DNA from: Catajapyx aquilonaris
Lineage: Eukaryota
Length of the DNA: 64,000 bases
Assembly (NCBI GenBank): GCA_000934665.2
Contig: KZ539085.1
Coordinates: 1 to 64,000 of the forward strand
Direction: 5' to 3'
Shown: positions 12,524 to 25,716 of the stretch, one piece after another
Numbering within the stretch: the stretch's first letter is position 1
Layout: every line of letters starts with the position of its first letter
Made by a program: the position numbers and the translations under genes
The notes under the pieces: model-generated
Seen by the model: the letters and a program-made list of their open reading frames with translations, nothing else
The model's database searches: none
Told to the model about the DNA's origin: nothing

Positions 12524-13564
12524 TATGAGGGGCAGTAGGAAATTAATGAGCTTTTCCATGAAGGCATTTTCCCTTAGGCATAAACATTGGTCACCATGGA
12601 GGTCATTCATGCCCAGGTGATCACAGGATATTGATACTAGAAAGTGATCCCTGCCCTGGAAGGGCTACTTCTGCTGTGACAGGAAAACATCTGTGCTGGG
12701 GAGACCATATTGGATGATGAGGCTGTTGAAAGTGCGATATGTAGCGGAAGTCCTGGGCATCAGTCTGGCTGTGATGGACGTCATCTTTCATCAACACCTT
12801 CGCCTCAGCAAAGTCTCCACCTGTTTGGTACCGCTCCGCTTCACAATCGAAGGGTAGAGAACTTGAGTTGAGATGCGACTGGCCAGCTTGAGATTTTTTT
12901 TTCCATAACAAGGGTGACTTTCTGGTACTGTTAGTGACATATGACAAAACCTGGGTTCTCCACCTCTGTCCAGCAACAAAAATCACTCCAAGCTGTGGAG
13001 ATAACCTAGTAGCTCTCCACCAAAGTTCAAAGTGTGGCAGTCCACTTCCAAGGTCATTGTGTGCACCTTCTGGGATGCAGAAGGTGTGCATATTGCTGGA
13101 CTTTCAACAAAAGTGGTGCACAATCAAAGGAGAGCACTAGCCCACATGCTCCACATGTTGTGGGAGACTTGAAGAAGAGATCCAGAAAATTACCACAAGG
13201 TGTGCCGCTTCTGCAAGACAACGCTGCTACTCACACTGCAAAGTGTTTCATTCTGACGTCTGCCTCATCTGCCCTACTCACTAGATCTGGCCCTTCCAGA
13301 CTTTTTCTTATTCCTCAATATGAATGAACAACTTCTTGGAAGGGTCCATAGACCTGACTCAAAAGTGGGAAGGAATAATATGTTGGGAGAGGGGGTTTCC
13401 AGAAACATTTTTTTTTTTTGGACTGACTAGAAAAATCAGAGACATGCTGGTCAGGGTACAGTACCAACATGAAAGAGTACTATGTTAAAAAATAAAATAT
13501 TTGTGTGCCTACTACCTGTTGTCATTCATGGAAATGCTCAGAATTACTTTCCGAAAGCCCCTTA
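12524..13564 (+). mobile_element. Defective mariner element
   Basis: TA-flanked degenerate TIRs. Frameshifted transposase remnants VTYDKTWV, LLQDNAATH and YSLDLAP/DFFL. Confidence 0.85.
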
Positions 13565-13655
13565 TCACTGAGTTAATTTCTTCTTACAATTTGAAGTTCT
13601 CAATGAAAAAACCGCAAGTAAGACTTGCTACAGTCCTCATCATGTTGCATGATAG

Positions 13656-14980
13656 TACCTTACCCAAATCCCGTAGTCTACGCACCCCAAAATAGAAGAG
13701 GGGTGGGGTGTAGCACACAAAATGTGATTAAAAATCTCAATTAAGGTTATCTTGACTTTGGAATTCATAATTATTAATAGTAACAATGGAGCTAGGATGG
13801 CACCAAAGTTAAAGTTAATTTGACAGTTAACAACTGAAACAAACATGATTAGCCTACACTTTGGACCGTGAATTTCTGTGGGGTCTGGTAATACTTGCTG
13901 TCACTATGTTAATTTGTTATGTAGCAGGACATTAATTTTAATGATGAACCTTAGGAGCCACACAAACCCAAAGACTCCATTGAAATTAATTACAAAAAAT
14001 TTGTCACTGAATTTAAAGTGTTTATATCTCGTGTACGTTTTCAGAAATTGCTACACTTTTCTGAACTACATTTAACATTGTTATTTATTAATAAATTAAA
14101 ATTTTATAATATTGTGTATTTAGACCTCAGTCCAATGTGCTACAATAAAAAATTTCAATTCAATTAATGTGAAATCGCTTTAAATAAAATGTGCAGATAA
14201 TTTCACTTCTGCAAGGCATAAAAACGTTTTAAAATTCTGTGACAATTTTTTGTTATTAATTTCAATGCAGTCTTGGGGTTTGCGTGGCCCCTCAGGTTCA
14301 TCATTGAAATTAATGTCCTGCTGTGTAACAAATTAACTTATTAGTGACAGCAAGTATTACCATACCCCACAGAAATTCACTGTCTGAAGTGTAATCATAT
14401 TTGTTTCAGTTGTTAACTGTCAAATTAACTTTAACTTTGGTGCCATCCTAGCTCGATTATTATGATTAACCCTTTGGCCCCCAGCTGTACGGCCATCGCC
14501 TAGATTTTCGCTTCTGTTAAACTTACATGTACTTCGGAAGATAAAAATAAGATATTATTTTTACCAATAATAACAGCTATACCAAGGCTATACTTACACG
14601 TTCATGCTCTACCCTATGTATATGTTTGGAACCAGTTTCCTCGTCTAGAAATCCCTAAATTAATTTCCAAAAGGATCGCGGCAGAGTATAGCTACACTTC
14701 CATTGCCTACATTTTGGTTTGCACGTACTCTGAAGATAATGATAATATGTTTTACAAATAATAACAGCTATACTTACACTTTCAGGTAAACCAGAACGTA
14801 TTTCTTGGAAACTATTTTCCTTGCCTAGAAGTCCCGAAATTAATTTCCAAAAAGATAGCTGTGAATTCCATCGCCTAGATTTTCCCTTACACATACTCTG
14901 ACGAATCACATTTTGTTTACTACCCCACCCCTCCACTTTTTTGGGGCGCAGCACATAGACTACAGGATTTGGGTAGGGTA
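13656..14980. mobile_element. Nested non-autonomous DNA elements (outer TIR pair plus inner foldback ~13774-14465)
   Basis: TACCCAAATCCCGTAGTCTA / TAGACTACAGGATTTGGGTA. Inner arms GAGCTAGGATGGCACCAAAGTTAAAG / CTTTAACTTTGGTGCCATCCTAGCTC. Confidence 0.7.
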
Positions 14981-15699
14981 TAAAGGAACTTCTGGGGCAC
15001 TGACGAGATGCTGGCGAAGGGCAGGGGCATGATGTGCTTGGTGTAAGAAGCTGATGTCAACAGGTGAGCAATATGTCTTACTTGCAGTTATTTCGTTGTT
15101 GGTGGGAACCCCTTCTCATTAAGGACAAGCCATGATGTATTTGAGATTTCTCACATTGATGCTGATTGCCTGAACATGCACTCCATAATGTAATGTAATT
15201 ATGTAAAAAAAAGAAATTTCATAAAACAGTATACTGAGAAGTTGTGAGTCATATTTAACAGTAATGGGGTGACTGGAACATGCACACGGTGTTCCTCGTC
15301 TGCCCAAGTTGATCCAGAAGATAGGAAGAGTTGATGGATTATTATCATTATTTACCTCTGGCAATATAAACAAAGTATAGCCTACTAGGGACAAGATAAC
15401 TCATTCGCTTGTGACCTTGGCAACCATAATTAGCCTCGCCCTGCTGAGTTTTTTGTATGAAATTTAGAACGATTGGTGGGGTAATATTTCCCCCCTGCTT
15501 GGTTACCAGCAAGTTACCAGCAATTACGTTAGTGCAAGTGTAAACAAACTCATCTCATTCCTGAGGTTTTAGAACATAACGCCCATCTACTTTGAAATCG
15601 AATCCTGATTCGTCGACCGTTAGGGGGCGGGGCTTAATTATGTTTGCCAAGGTCACAATAAGCCACCTCCCAAAACGTATGAGTTATCTTGTCCCTCGT

Positions 15700-16123
15700 A
15701 TAGGTGCGTGGCAATCAAAATGGTAAATGAGGACCCTTGTGCTAAGTGTGCACTGGAGTTCGAATGCAGCCCAGAAGTGACTATTCCATTATCTCCTCCA
15801 TGCCCCCTCGTCTTCTGGATCATCAATATATGATGAGCTCATGCAGAGTTTAGGTCGTCTCTGGCTTCGTCTCGGATGGAATCTCCAATAGACATATATC
15901 CACCCAGGGTAGTTCACAAAATGTATACCCATAACAGCTATAGTCCGCGCACTGCACTTTGCACATCCCCTCCTGTCATCCTGCCCGTGGGCCCGTGCGC
16001 TTCAATTAATAGGCACCAACTACTGTACAATAATAAAAATAATAAATAAAGGTCCGTGTGATATACCCCCCAGTTGGGGGTGAAAGCACTACCCCAGGAT
16101 TATGATTATTAGTATTATTATTA
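15700..16123 (+). mobile_element. Decayed tRNA-derived SINE (same family as 21272-21651)
   Basis: Shared body TGCACATCCCCTCCTGTCATCCTGCC.GTGGGCCCG and tail AAGCACTACCCCAGGATT(ATT)n. Confidence 0.7.
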
Positions 16124-17163
16124 ATCAGTTTAGTTTACATGTGACAAACATTTGCGACCCGATTATTATTATTGGCCTCGCGGGGAATCCTTACCCGCTC
16201 GCAAAGGCTTCAGTGGAATACAGTGATTCCAGTGACGATGATGTAGCCTACTGTATTAATATAAGGTAGCCTATACACCTCGCTATACACAGTTACACAC
16301 GTACACTACGGTATACTGTAGGATTTAAAAATTCTTCGAGTTACGTAAAATTCGACTTGCGCATAATGTTGTGGCACAAACTTACGCAAGTCGGGGACTG
16401 GCCTTATATTATTCTTTAATTTGGCGAAATATGCGAATTGTGTAAAGGCCAGCTGAAGGCCAGCCCTCATTTCTCGAATACAGTAGGGTGGCCAGCGGGC
16501 GGGAAACTGTGGAGTTCACAACATCCGCCGCTGCGCTGGTGGCACTGCTTGCCAGTGCTCATTTTGGTTTGGTACAGTAACAGCAAGCCTTGGTAACAGT
16601 CAGGTAACAGTACTGTACACCATACACCATAGACAGGACCATTGAGCCCATATAGTATGCGGGAGTAGGCAAAACTGGGCAGAGAGAGGTCAAACGGGAA
16701 GTCAGTTTGGGCCCAGGTTTGGGCCACATTTGGACTTACCTACAATATATTTCCCTCCACTATTCAGAGAATGTGATTGTTACGACTCTGCGAAAGCAAG
16801 TATTGTTCTATAGCGTAGCAGTTATTCAGATGCGACGCGATTTGTCTTCCAGATCGTAGTGTGCGCGCGCAGGTACCTTGGTGCTGTGGTCGCTGCGAAG
16901 AAAGGCAAAAGGGAGAGAAAAAAAAAGTGAGAGAGAGAACAGAACAGAACGGAGGGAGGTTGAGTGCTAAGTGAAAAAACGCACACACGCAGGGGGGGCG
17001 GGGGGTTGGAACATGGAGGACCCCACGGCTGTAGGCTGTACTAGGACTGCGTTCCATCTGTAAACCCAGTGAGAGTTACCAGTGTCGAGTGTTTGAGAAG
17101 CGTCAAGCGGGTGTTGCAGTGGTTGGGCTGCACCGCTTCAGTGAATGTTCTGGAGTGAGTGAC

Positions 17164-17508
17164 ATGGACCACCATCATCACCCAATTCACCACCCCCCGC
17201 CTCAGCAACAGGGGTCCCCACCGTCTGGTCCGTCGCCTCAGCCCCTGTGTCGGTATTATATGACACATGGGTCCTGTTTCTTTGGGGAAGACTGCCAGTA
17301 TCTTCACTGTGCATCTGGGGGCATGCAACATCACAATCATCATAGCCAGTCACCATCACCTGCACCCATCATGAACCATGTGGAAAACCATCTGGGCAAC
17401 AGGGGGGCAGCCAGTAGGGGGAGTATGAGCAGCCTTGATCACTTTTATGCACCCATGTCGCAGACGCAGCAAGTTCCACAGGAATCAAAGTTGGCAACCT
17501 ATCTTGCT
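17164..17508 (+). CDS. PAN3: PAN3 (PAN2-PAN3 deadenylase subunit) exon 1, CCCH zinc finger
   Basis: ATG 17164. CRYYMTHGSCFFGEDCQYLH is C-x8-C-x5-C-x3-H. Ends ESKLATYLA. Donor GCT|GTGAGT, phase 0. Confidence 0.85.
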
Positions 17509-18117
17509 GTGAGTATGCACGGTGTATTTTACCAGTTCGGCTCTTAGTTCAGGTTGAGAAACGTTGATCCAAAATGCCAAAAACCAAAGCCTCCAAAATG
17601 TGTAAGTGATTTTGAGTGCTAACGTGGTGCGCCACACAATGTAGATCTGGTGTTTGGTCTTGAATTAATCTTCTCATTGTAAGTGGTGGTGATCATGTTT
17701 GTTAAGGTATGGAACAGGTACAGAATGGATACAGAATGGGTATGTAAAGGGTGTCGAATGGGTACGGAACAGATACGGAATGGATATGGAACAGGTATGA
17801 TATGCAACCTGTTACCATGGATGTCCTCAGGTTTTGCTGTTACCATGGCAATTTTGTAGAGATATGTTATTGCCATGGTTACGTCAGCACAGTACCATGG
17901 CAACAAAGACATTCAACAATATCAACAATGTTTGGTTGTTGTTGATTACATTACCATGGAAACAGGCTGTGCATTGAATGTGTTCCCCTGCTAATTTTGA
18001 AATGTAAATGAGTAATGTTTAGGCTTAGGTCCCATCCCAAAGTTGTCACATTTTATAAGTGCAAATATGATATTTCAAAACTCGAGACACTTCCGACCTC
18101 GAGCATTTCAGATACAT

Positions 18118-18809
18118 CAGTGGTTCTCAACCTTTTCCCAGATTGTACCATTTGGCCATGACTAACAGTCTCAGGTACCCCCACGATAACATGTTTAAAA
18201 ATGATAGGTTTTAACATTTTTGACTACCTGGTGAATATTTTTAGTTGGGCAGTTTTGATAAGTTATATTTAAAGAATGCCAAGTTTTTGCCTAAACAATA
18301 TCTCCCATTGAAAATCGATATGATCAGTGGAAAATATCAAATGAAAATAACTATTTTATTGTCAAAAGAATGCAGATTTGACATTTTTATTGAAGACTGC
18401 TTGCCACGCATGCGCAGGGGAAGGCTGCCGGTCGGCGCTGCCCAGATTCAGCAGTGCTTGAATTCTGGCAGCCGTGGCGCGCGCGTGGCGGCAGCTTGTT
18501 GCCCTCCCGTTCCCCCGTTTGCGCCGGCCTAACTTTCACGCTACTCCCAGCCACACCAACATTGCCAGGGCCAGCATCAGAGGGAAGGCTAAAATGCGCC
18601 CAAAAAGAGGCCTTAACCACCCACGCAAACTCCCCTATCTCATTCTGCGGCCACATTCTAAAGGCGATCAAAAAAAAATCCTCAGTCACCTCAAAATTTC
18701 CCACATCATTTTATTTCTCCGTTGTTTTCCCTTCAGAGCTGCTCGCTTACCCCCTGAAAGTCGCGCGCATACCCCTCGGGGTACGCGTACCACAGGTTGA
18801 GAACCACCG
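18118..18809. mobile_element. hAT (Charlie/Buster-type) MITE
   Basis: TIRs CAGTGGTTCTCAACC / GGTTGAGAACCACCG. 8-bp TSD AGATACAT at 18110-18117 and 18810-18817. Confidence 0.9.
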
Positions 18810-18948
18810 AGATACATGATTCTCACACTGTAGTTGGGACTGGCAGTAAGTAAGTTACTTGAGATTCCCGAGAAATGCAGGAAATCTGCATGATGTCTTG
18901 GGCATGGGTATTGCCAACCCCTAGGTTGTGACCCAAAGTTGAGTCGCC

Positions 18949-21190
18949 TTTAACCCAGATATGCCTGTAGGGGACACCTGCACAGTTGTTGCATTATAGT
19001 TTTTTTGCGCCAGTTCTAGTTGCTAAAGAGCTGGCAGTAGTCACAAGTTCTTCATTAGAGTCACAGCTAATGATACAAGTTCAAACTTGCTCAGTATTGC
19101 TTCAGCTTTTTAAGATATAAGTGTTTGAAATTTAACTCAGGAAACAATGCAATGGCTGCACCTTCATGTTCTGAATATGATTAGTAATTAATTCTCTAAT
19201 ATTGATTAGTGTTATGAGTTATTTATTGTTTGTAATACTGAGAAAACTTATGAATGATGATGTTGATGTGGAAATATAGGCATATATTTTACTTTCCTTG
19301 GCTGAGAGTAGTGCTGAAATGAGGGGTGTGGGGGAAAAACATGATAACTGACATTTTTGAACTAAACACCTAGCAACTATGTAAAAGACATGACAAACAT
19401 TTTGGTATACTTAAAGTTCACATATCATGCACCAGACGGCAACACGGGTTACATGATAACCAACATGCCACGTTTTCAGGAACTTCCGCAAAGGGAAAAA
19501 CACGATAACTGACCCTATTTTTATATGCTTCGCATTCTTCCATTTAATACATGGTGTAACAAAGGTTTCTGTGCCGAGGGGTAAATCACTCAGAAGTTGA
19601 GCGTACAACGGACTTGACGAGTGATTAACCCCTCATCGTCTGCCGGCAGCAAGTGTCGTCGCGTCGGCCGGATTTTACACCGTGAGTAGGCCTACCCATG
19701 GCCGGCATGTAAGGGGGGGTCCACGTGCGATCCCGGATTATCTGGGGAAAGGCTGGGTGAGGTCTATCTTCGACTTCTAGATCCGGTCCAAATAGGAGCC
19801 ATGTCACTTCTCCACGCACTTCTCCCACTTACACGTACCCCCCGACCAGGCGCAGAGATCCGCCCGGTTGTAAGTAGTTGCGCTGCTTTGTGAATCCAAC
19901 TCGCAGCGCCACCCCTCCGGTGGTGAAAAGTGAACTGAACTTGCGAAGGTGTATCTGTTTGCGCTCTTTTGTGAATCCTCCCCCTGCAGTATGTCGTGTA
20001 CTGTGTATAGTGTATTGTTTATTTTGTTTATGGTGCTGACACCTGTTTTAGGGGTTATAGCAGCACTATGCAGTACGGTAGTTGACTAACCTTGTCACTG
20101 TACAGTAGTTATTTTTATTTTTATTTTTTAATTTGTACCCCGTGCTAGAGCCATGGGCCCTCTTAGTGGGGTGGGATTCCACCATATTTTTTTTATCTGG
20201 AACTCTTGCTTTCGTTTTTACTTCTCGTATATGGGGATGGGATAGGGACGGAAGGAAGCAGCTGTGGCCTATAATTACGGACACGACCCCGGAATTTTTC
20301 TGGGGAGACCATGGGAAACCACAGAAAACCACTGTCAGGGTCGGCGGCCACCGGGATTCGAACCCAGGACCTCCCGATTAGCAGTCGGATACCATATCCC
20401 CTCCGCTACCACTGCTTCGGTCATTGTACAGTAGTATTTACTACCTGTTCTACTTCCGCTGGAAAGGGAGCTTGGAAAGGGAGCTTAAAACACGTGGCTT
20501 TCAGAGGGCTTTGTGCATTCCTTCGCGGCTTATCGAGAATTAACCGGCTGGGCTCCAAGATTGAATCATACCACATGTTTGCCCAACTTGAAAATTCCCA
20601 GGTGTTGACAAAATTCGACCTATTAATAGTGAAAGTGCTGCGGAGTTCACAAAATATATTCCACTTATCGAGAAAATCGAGATATTCAAATTCGAGTTAT
20701 CGGAATTCAATTTGCATGCATATAATATGGAGAATCCACCAAGTCCGTGAATTTCGAGTTATCGGTATTCGAGTTACCGGGATTTCACTGTAATTAAAAC
20801 AAGATTACATGGCAATTGGTTAACATGGCAACCGTTGCAACAATCCTTGATTGTTGTTGATTGTGATAAATCACAACCCCTTCTTTGCACGGCCTGTTTC
20901 TGTGGTAATTCAATCGACAACAATCATTGGTGATATTATGAAACTACTGCTGTTGCTGAATGTCACTGTTGCCATGGTAATGTGATCAAAAACTATTATA
21001 GCCATAAGCCATACTTGGTTACATTTTCCTACCGTCCCATAATATTATAGGGAATGGCCATTTTCTCGCAAACAAGCATTCAGAAAAATGTTTTATCTCC
21101 ATTGTTGGGTTTTGGGAGCTAATATGAACTAATAAAAACAAAAAAAGTTCAAAAATTCGACAAAAGTTTTCCCCTGCTTATCTGGGTTAA
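18949..21190. mobile_element. piggyBac-type MITE copy 2, with nested insertions
   Basis: TTAACCCAGAT...ATCTGGGTTAA. The arms are reverse-complement matches to 2019-2902. Confidence 0.7.
20110..20424 (-). mobile_element. tRNA-Ser(GCT)-like-headed SINE
   Basis: CCGACTGCTAATCGG anticodon-like arm and GGTTCGAATCCC B box. 11-bp TSD TGTACAGTAGT at 20099-20109 and 20425-20435. Confidence 0.85.
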
Positions 21191-21271
21191 GGGTCACACA
21201 TGTTCAGGAAAAGTGATAAGAATAGAGAAAAATAGAAGAAAAAATATATGGAGATTTGTGGGGTGGTAGGG

Positions 21272-21326
<55 letters not shown>

Positions 21327-21651
21327 TCCTGGGGGTAGTGCTTGACTTTACGGTATTCAGCACAGACCTTTATTGTGTCGTCGTACAATTTTGGAACCTT
21401 TTTGCGAAGCGCCCGGGCCCACAGGCAGGATGACAGGAGGGGATGTGCAAGGTGCAGTGCAATGTCATAGCTGTGGTCATTTTGTGAACTCCCTCGGGTG
21501 GCTTAGTCTGTTGAAATACCACCCGAAGCGAAGCCAGAGATGACCCCGAACTCTGGACGAGATGAAGGGGGTGTCCCCGGGCTGGGATCAAACCCGGGAC
21601 CTTAACATCCGTGGGCGCATACGTTACCGCAGTGCTACTCCGTCTCCCCGG
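21272..21651 (-). mobile_element. tRNA-derived SINE with long (ATT)n tail
   Basis: B-box-like GGTTTGATCCC on the minus strand. (AAT)n at 21272-21322. Homologous to 15700-16123. Confidence 0.8.
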
Positions 21652-22424
21652 ATGGTGGGGATTATACTATATACAAGTTCCAAGTTCGTGGGTCACATCT
21701 TGATATCTGATATTGCCCGATAGCAGTTATTTTTTGTAGTAGTAATAGAATAGGGCACATGGTTAGGGGCACAACAAGCTACAAAAATATAACTGCTATT
21801 GGGCAATATCAGTTATCAAGAAGTGACCCACGAACTGGAACACCCTATATATCTAAAATCTAGGCAAGCATTGTACCTGTTTGAACGAGGCTCAAATTTA
21901 ACTGGACCTATCTTAACACCTCCAAGTACTCCAAGAGCATGTAGATATTGCCCAAGTGGCACTGCTACAGTGCTGGACAGGAATGGTGTAGTAATGATGG
22001 TGCCACTAGTAGTCTAATCTCTGATGTGCATTCCACATAAAATGAATAAATATCGTTTAACAGTAATTCGCAGTTGAGAGATGTCGATTGTCTATTGTTG
22101 CATCACTGTAAATATGTACCATTTATCGACACTGAATAATGGCTGCCTTGACATTACAGCCTGTAAATAATTTAGACCTGTAAATAATTTAGTCCTGAAA
22201 ATTTTTGCATGTTTTTAAAAGCAGAAAATATACTATGCTTCAAAATTCAATTCACATTTGTATCAGTTGGTTATGTCATGGACTCTCCTACAGATAGTTG
22301 GTATTCCTGAGCCTTTCAAACTGTAGTTAGCAAAAGAACCACATGCCCATCATCCCCCCACAACCCCCTGCCCATCCCATCTCTCTCATTCCTTTCTTCC
22401 TTTCCTCTCCCTCAGGTTCATCCT

Positions 22425-22936
22425 CAGGGTCCAATCCCTCAAGTTCCTGTCCAAAGGAATCTGACCCCTCAAGTTCCTGTCCAAAGGAATCTGATCCCTC
22501 AAGTACCTGTCCAAAGGAATCTGATCCCTCAAGTTCCTGTCCAAAGGAATCTGATCCCTCATGTTCCTGTCCGGCGGAATCTGATCCCTCAAGTTCCTGT
22601 CCAGCGGAATCTGATCCCTCAAGTTCCTGTCCAAAGGAATCTGATCCCTCAAGTACCTGTCCAAAGGAATCTGATCCCTCATGTGCCTGTCCAGCGGAAT
22701 CTGATCCCTCATGTTCCTGTCCAGCAGGGTGTGATCCCTCAAGTTCCTGGGCTAATATCCAGCAGAGTCCGATCCCTCAGGCTCATATCCAGGAGGGTCC
22801 GATCCCTCATGTTCCGGGGCTCATACCAGCAGGGTCCAATCCCTCAAGTTCCTGTCCGGCAGGATCTGATCCCTCAGGTTCATATCCATCAGGGTCCAAT
22901 CCCGCACCTTCCTGTCAATCAGAGTCCGATCCCTCA
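22425..22936 (+). repeat. 30-bp minisatellite (unit CCCTCAAGTTCCTGTCCAAAGGAATCTGAT)
   Basis: About 10 near-perfect units at 22436-22740, followed by more diverged units. Confidence 0.95.
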
Positions 22937-23158
22937 GTCTGGCGATACACATTGCTGGACTCAACAAACCTACCTACATGGATGGGAGGTAAGTTATGAA
23001 ATGCGTGGTATATCCGCCAACTATTGGGGCGTTTGACTCAGTACATCAGATCCAAGTAGCCTTTTTCAGAGGAAATTTGCAAAAAAAATTAGTATTGGTA
23101 ACCAATCTAGCTTTACCCATGTACAGGAACTTCAAAAAATAACAGACATGGTCTACTT

Positions 23159-24031
23159 ACAAGGGAACGGTCAGGGTCGGATACCTCCGATTTGGTTGAA
23201 ACTTGCTTGAGGGGTCATTCATGTGCGATAGACACAGTGGTGAAAGTTTTAGCTCGTAACGTCCAGCCGTTCCCGAGATATGAGCGACAGAATCATCCGA
23301 ATTTTGGCAGCGCGCATTTGCTGGGAGCCGCTCTGCCAGCTCCAAATCCCTTCTACCTTGATTCCCCCCGCCCCCTTTGCCCCCTTTCTTCCATCCCATA
23401 CCACCCCACTCCCCCCACCAACATTTTCGTTTTCCATTGTTTCTTTGCTCTGGTATTTATTATGAGACCATCAAGCTGCTTTCTTTCACTTCTGCCAACT
23501 GCGAATAAAGACGAGCTTCTGTACCTAAAATTGCGTAATGGGAAACCTATTCAGCCTTATCAAAATATGTATGGCGTTTTATAATCTCTCCTGCCCAATC
23601 CGATTGCGAATCTGTCGATATTATTTTTTAGCAAAGCTCACATTATTTAGTAAATGTGACCTGTTGACAATTATTTTGTGTTCGCGTTGGGGAGAAGTGA
23701 AAGAAAGCAGCTTGATGGTCTCATAATAAATACCGGAGCAAAGAAACAATGGAAAATGAAAATGTTGGTGGGGGAGTGGGGGATGGTGGTATGGGATGGA
23801 AGAAAGGGGGTAAAGGGGGTGGGGGGAATCAAGGTAGAAGGGATTTGGAGCTGGCAGAGCGGTTCCCGGCAAATGCGCGCGGCCAAAATTGGGATGTTTC
23901 TGTCACTCATATCTCGGGAACAGCTGAACGTTGCGAACTAAAACTTTCACCACTGTGTCTTTCGCACATGAATGACCCCTCAAGCAAGTTTCAACCAAAC
24001 CGGAGGTATCCAACGCTGACCTTTCCCTTGT
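23159..24031. mobile_element. Foldback non-autonomous DNA transposon (~330-bp arms)
   Basis: 23159-23490 is the reverse complement of ~23695-24031. This produces mirror ORFs on both strands. Confidence 0.85.
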
Positions 24032-25469
24032 TAGTTGACCAGCTGCATGACCGAATATGACAATCACTAATATTGGTTCTCTTTACCTAATGTGACTATC
24101 AAACTGCTTCCCTTGTTGGTCACTTCTGCCATTGATTGATTTATCATGGATTATCACGAACTGTATCATTTGGTATGCTATGGACTCTCCTACATCTAGT
24201 TTGTTTTCCTGAACTCGTCAAATTTTAGTATACTTGTCCAAAGAACCCCATCCCCACCCTCTCCTCACAACTCACTTGTCATTCCTTTTCCTCGTTCCTT
24301 TCTTCCTCTCCTCTCCCTCAGGGTAGCCGCAGACATTGTCGGAAACTACCATAATGACAATCTGCATTGGAGGTAAATTATGAAACACTTGGTATATCCT
24401 TGGTATATCCATCAGCGAATGGGGTGTTGGACTCACAAGCGAGGTCACAATGTTGGTGTCAGGGATTTTAATAATTCTGCCTGTGCAGCTACGGGCATTT
24501 TTGCGATAGAGCGGACATGAAGCGACGATTATTTTTTTCGTTGAATACCGCGTTTTATTACACCAGTCGGATGCTCAACATCTCTACTAAACAATGCCAA
24601 CCTTAAAATTGCCCTGTGTTGCTGTTCTTTGGCACCAGCTGCTCATACTTTCAACTGTGTGCGCCGGCGGCCTTTTTGTGTCTGGGGACACGCGCGGCTT
24701 TTGGCGCTTCTGTAAGCATTGCCATTCATTTGATCACTTCTCAAGTGAGCCTGTTGGATGCAGCTTGATGTCCTCTTTCGATTGATGTGCTTAAATTGTC
24801 ATAGGGTGATCTCTGTATGCGTCAGTTTCAGTAACTGACCAGAGTCATCCAAAAGTTTTGCTTCGTTACTAAAATTTCTCGTACACACCCTATACCAATG
24901 ATTTGGAGCGTCACACTTGCAAACCTCCGTGGGAGTCATGTAATACAGCAGTGTGCAAAGATTCAGCCAATACCATACCTTCTTGTATTTATTTGGATGG
25001 TAACGAACCAAAGCAACCACCTGCCGCCGAGCGTGCTCCCTCCGATCTCGGCTTCCAGCTCATACAGTGGGGCAGATAATAAGTAAATCTATGGCCAAAA
25101 ATGCAGAAATTTTTATGTAATGGTTTTCAATGCCGCTGATTTCAGATCTGATGTCAAAAATTCAAAATTTAAAATGGCAGATACAATGTGGCAGACAGCA
25201 TGTGCGAGAATTGGACAGATATACAGTATTAGTGTCAGAATTAGTTTCTGGGGGCATTAGAGGGCTCTGCTTTCAAATTTGATGTAAAAAGTTAGAAATC
25301 AAAGTGGCGCAATGTGTTATCCAGATATACCCTGATGCTACCTCTGATTTTTGGGGGAGGAAAGGGGAGGGATACAGCTCCAGAGGAGGGCCTGAACCAT
25401 GGTTATAGAAGACTCAGGTTAGGTCACTCCCACCCACCCCCTGCCGAGGGGTTTTGCAGAGGGTGCTCA

Positions 25470-25716
25470 CCTGAGAGCGCCATGAGACATTTCCCAGAGC
25501 AATTATGTGGCAACCCTAGCGGACTAGGCTGAACTTTATAGGTACAAAAGGGAAGCGGTACATGTGGGCCCAATATGGCCGCCGGCGCCCATGTTGGGTC
25601 CCCCAATGTAGCGCTTCCATTTTGTACCTATAAAGTTCAGTGTAGTCCGGTAGGGTCGCCACATAATTTCTCTGGGAAATGTCTCATGGCGCTCTCAGGT
25701 GAGCACCCGCTGCAAA
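25470..25716. repeat. Near-perfect inverted repeat (MITE-like)
   Basis: CCTGAGAGCGCCATGAGACATTTCCCAGAG / CTCTGGGAAATGTCTCATGGCGCTCTCAGG. Confidence 0.8.

Noticed and set aside
22436..22740. CRISPR-like regular 30-bp repeats
   Set aside because: Head-to-tail units with no unique spacers, no cas genes and a eukaryotic context. It is a minisatellite.
22343..22999. 218-aa Cys/Ser/Pro repeat ORF as a stand-alone (metallothionein-like) gene
   Set aside because: The 30-nt unit is open in several frames and on both strands, so ORF length carries no information. No promoter or polyA support.
23249..24060. ORFs starting MENENVGG, resembling PAN3 QENVGG
   Set aside because: They lie in the two arms of a foldback element as mirror ORFs. 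The match is short and coincidental.
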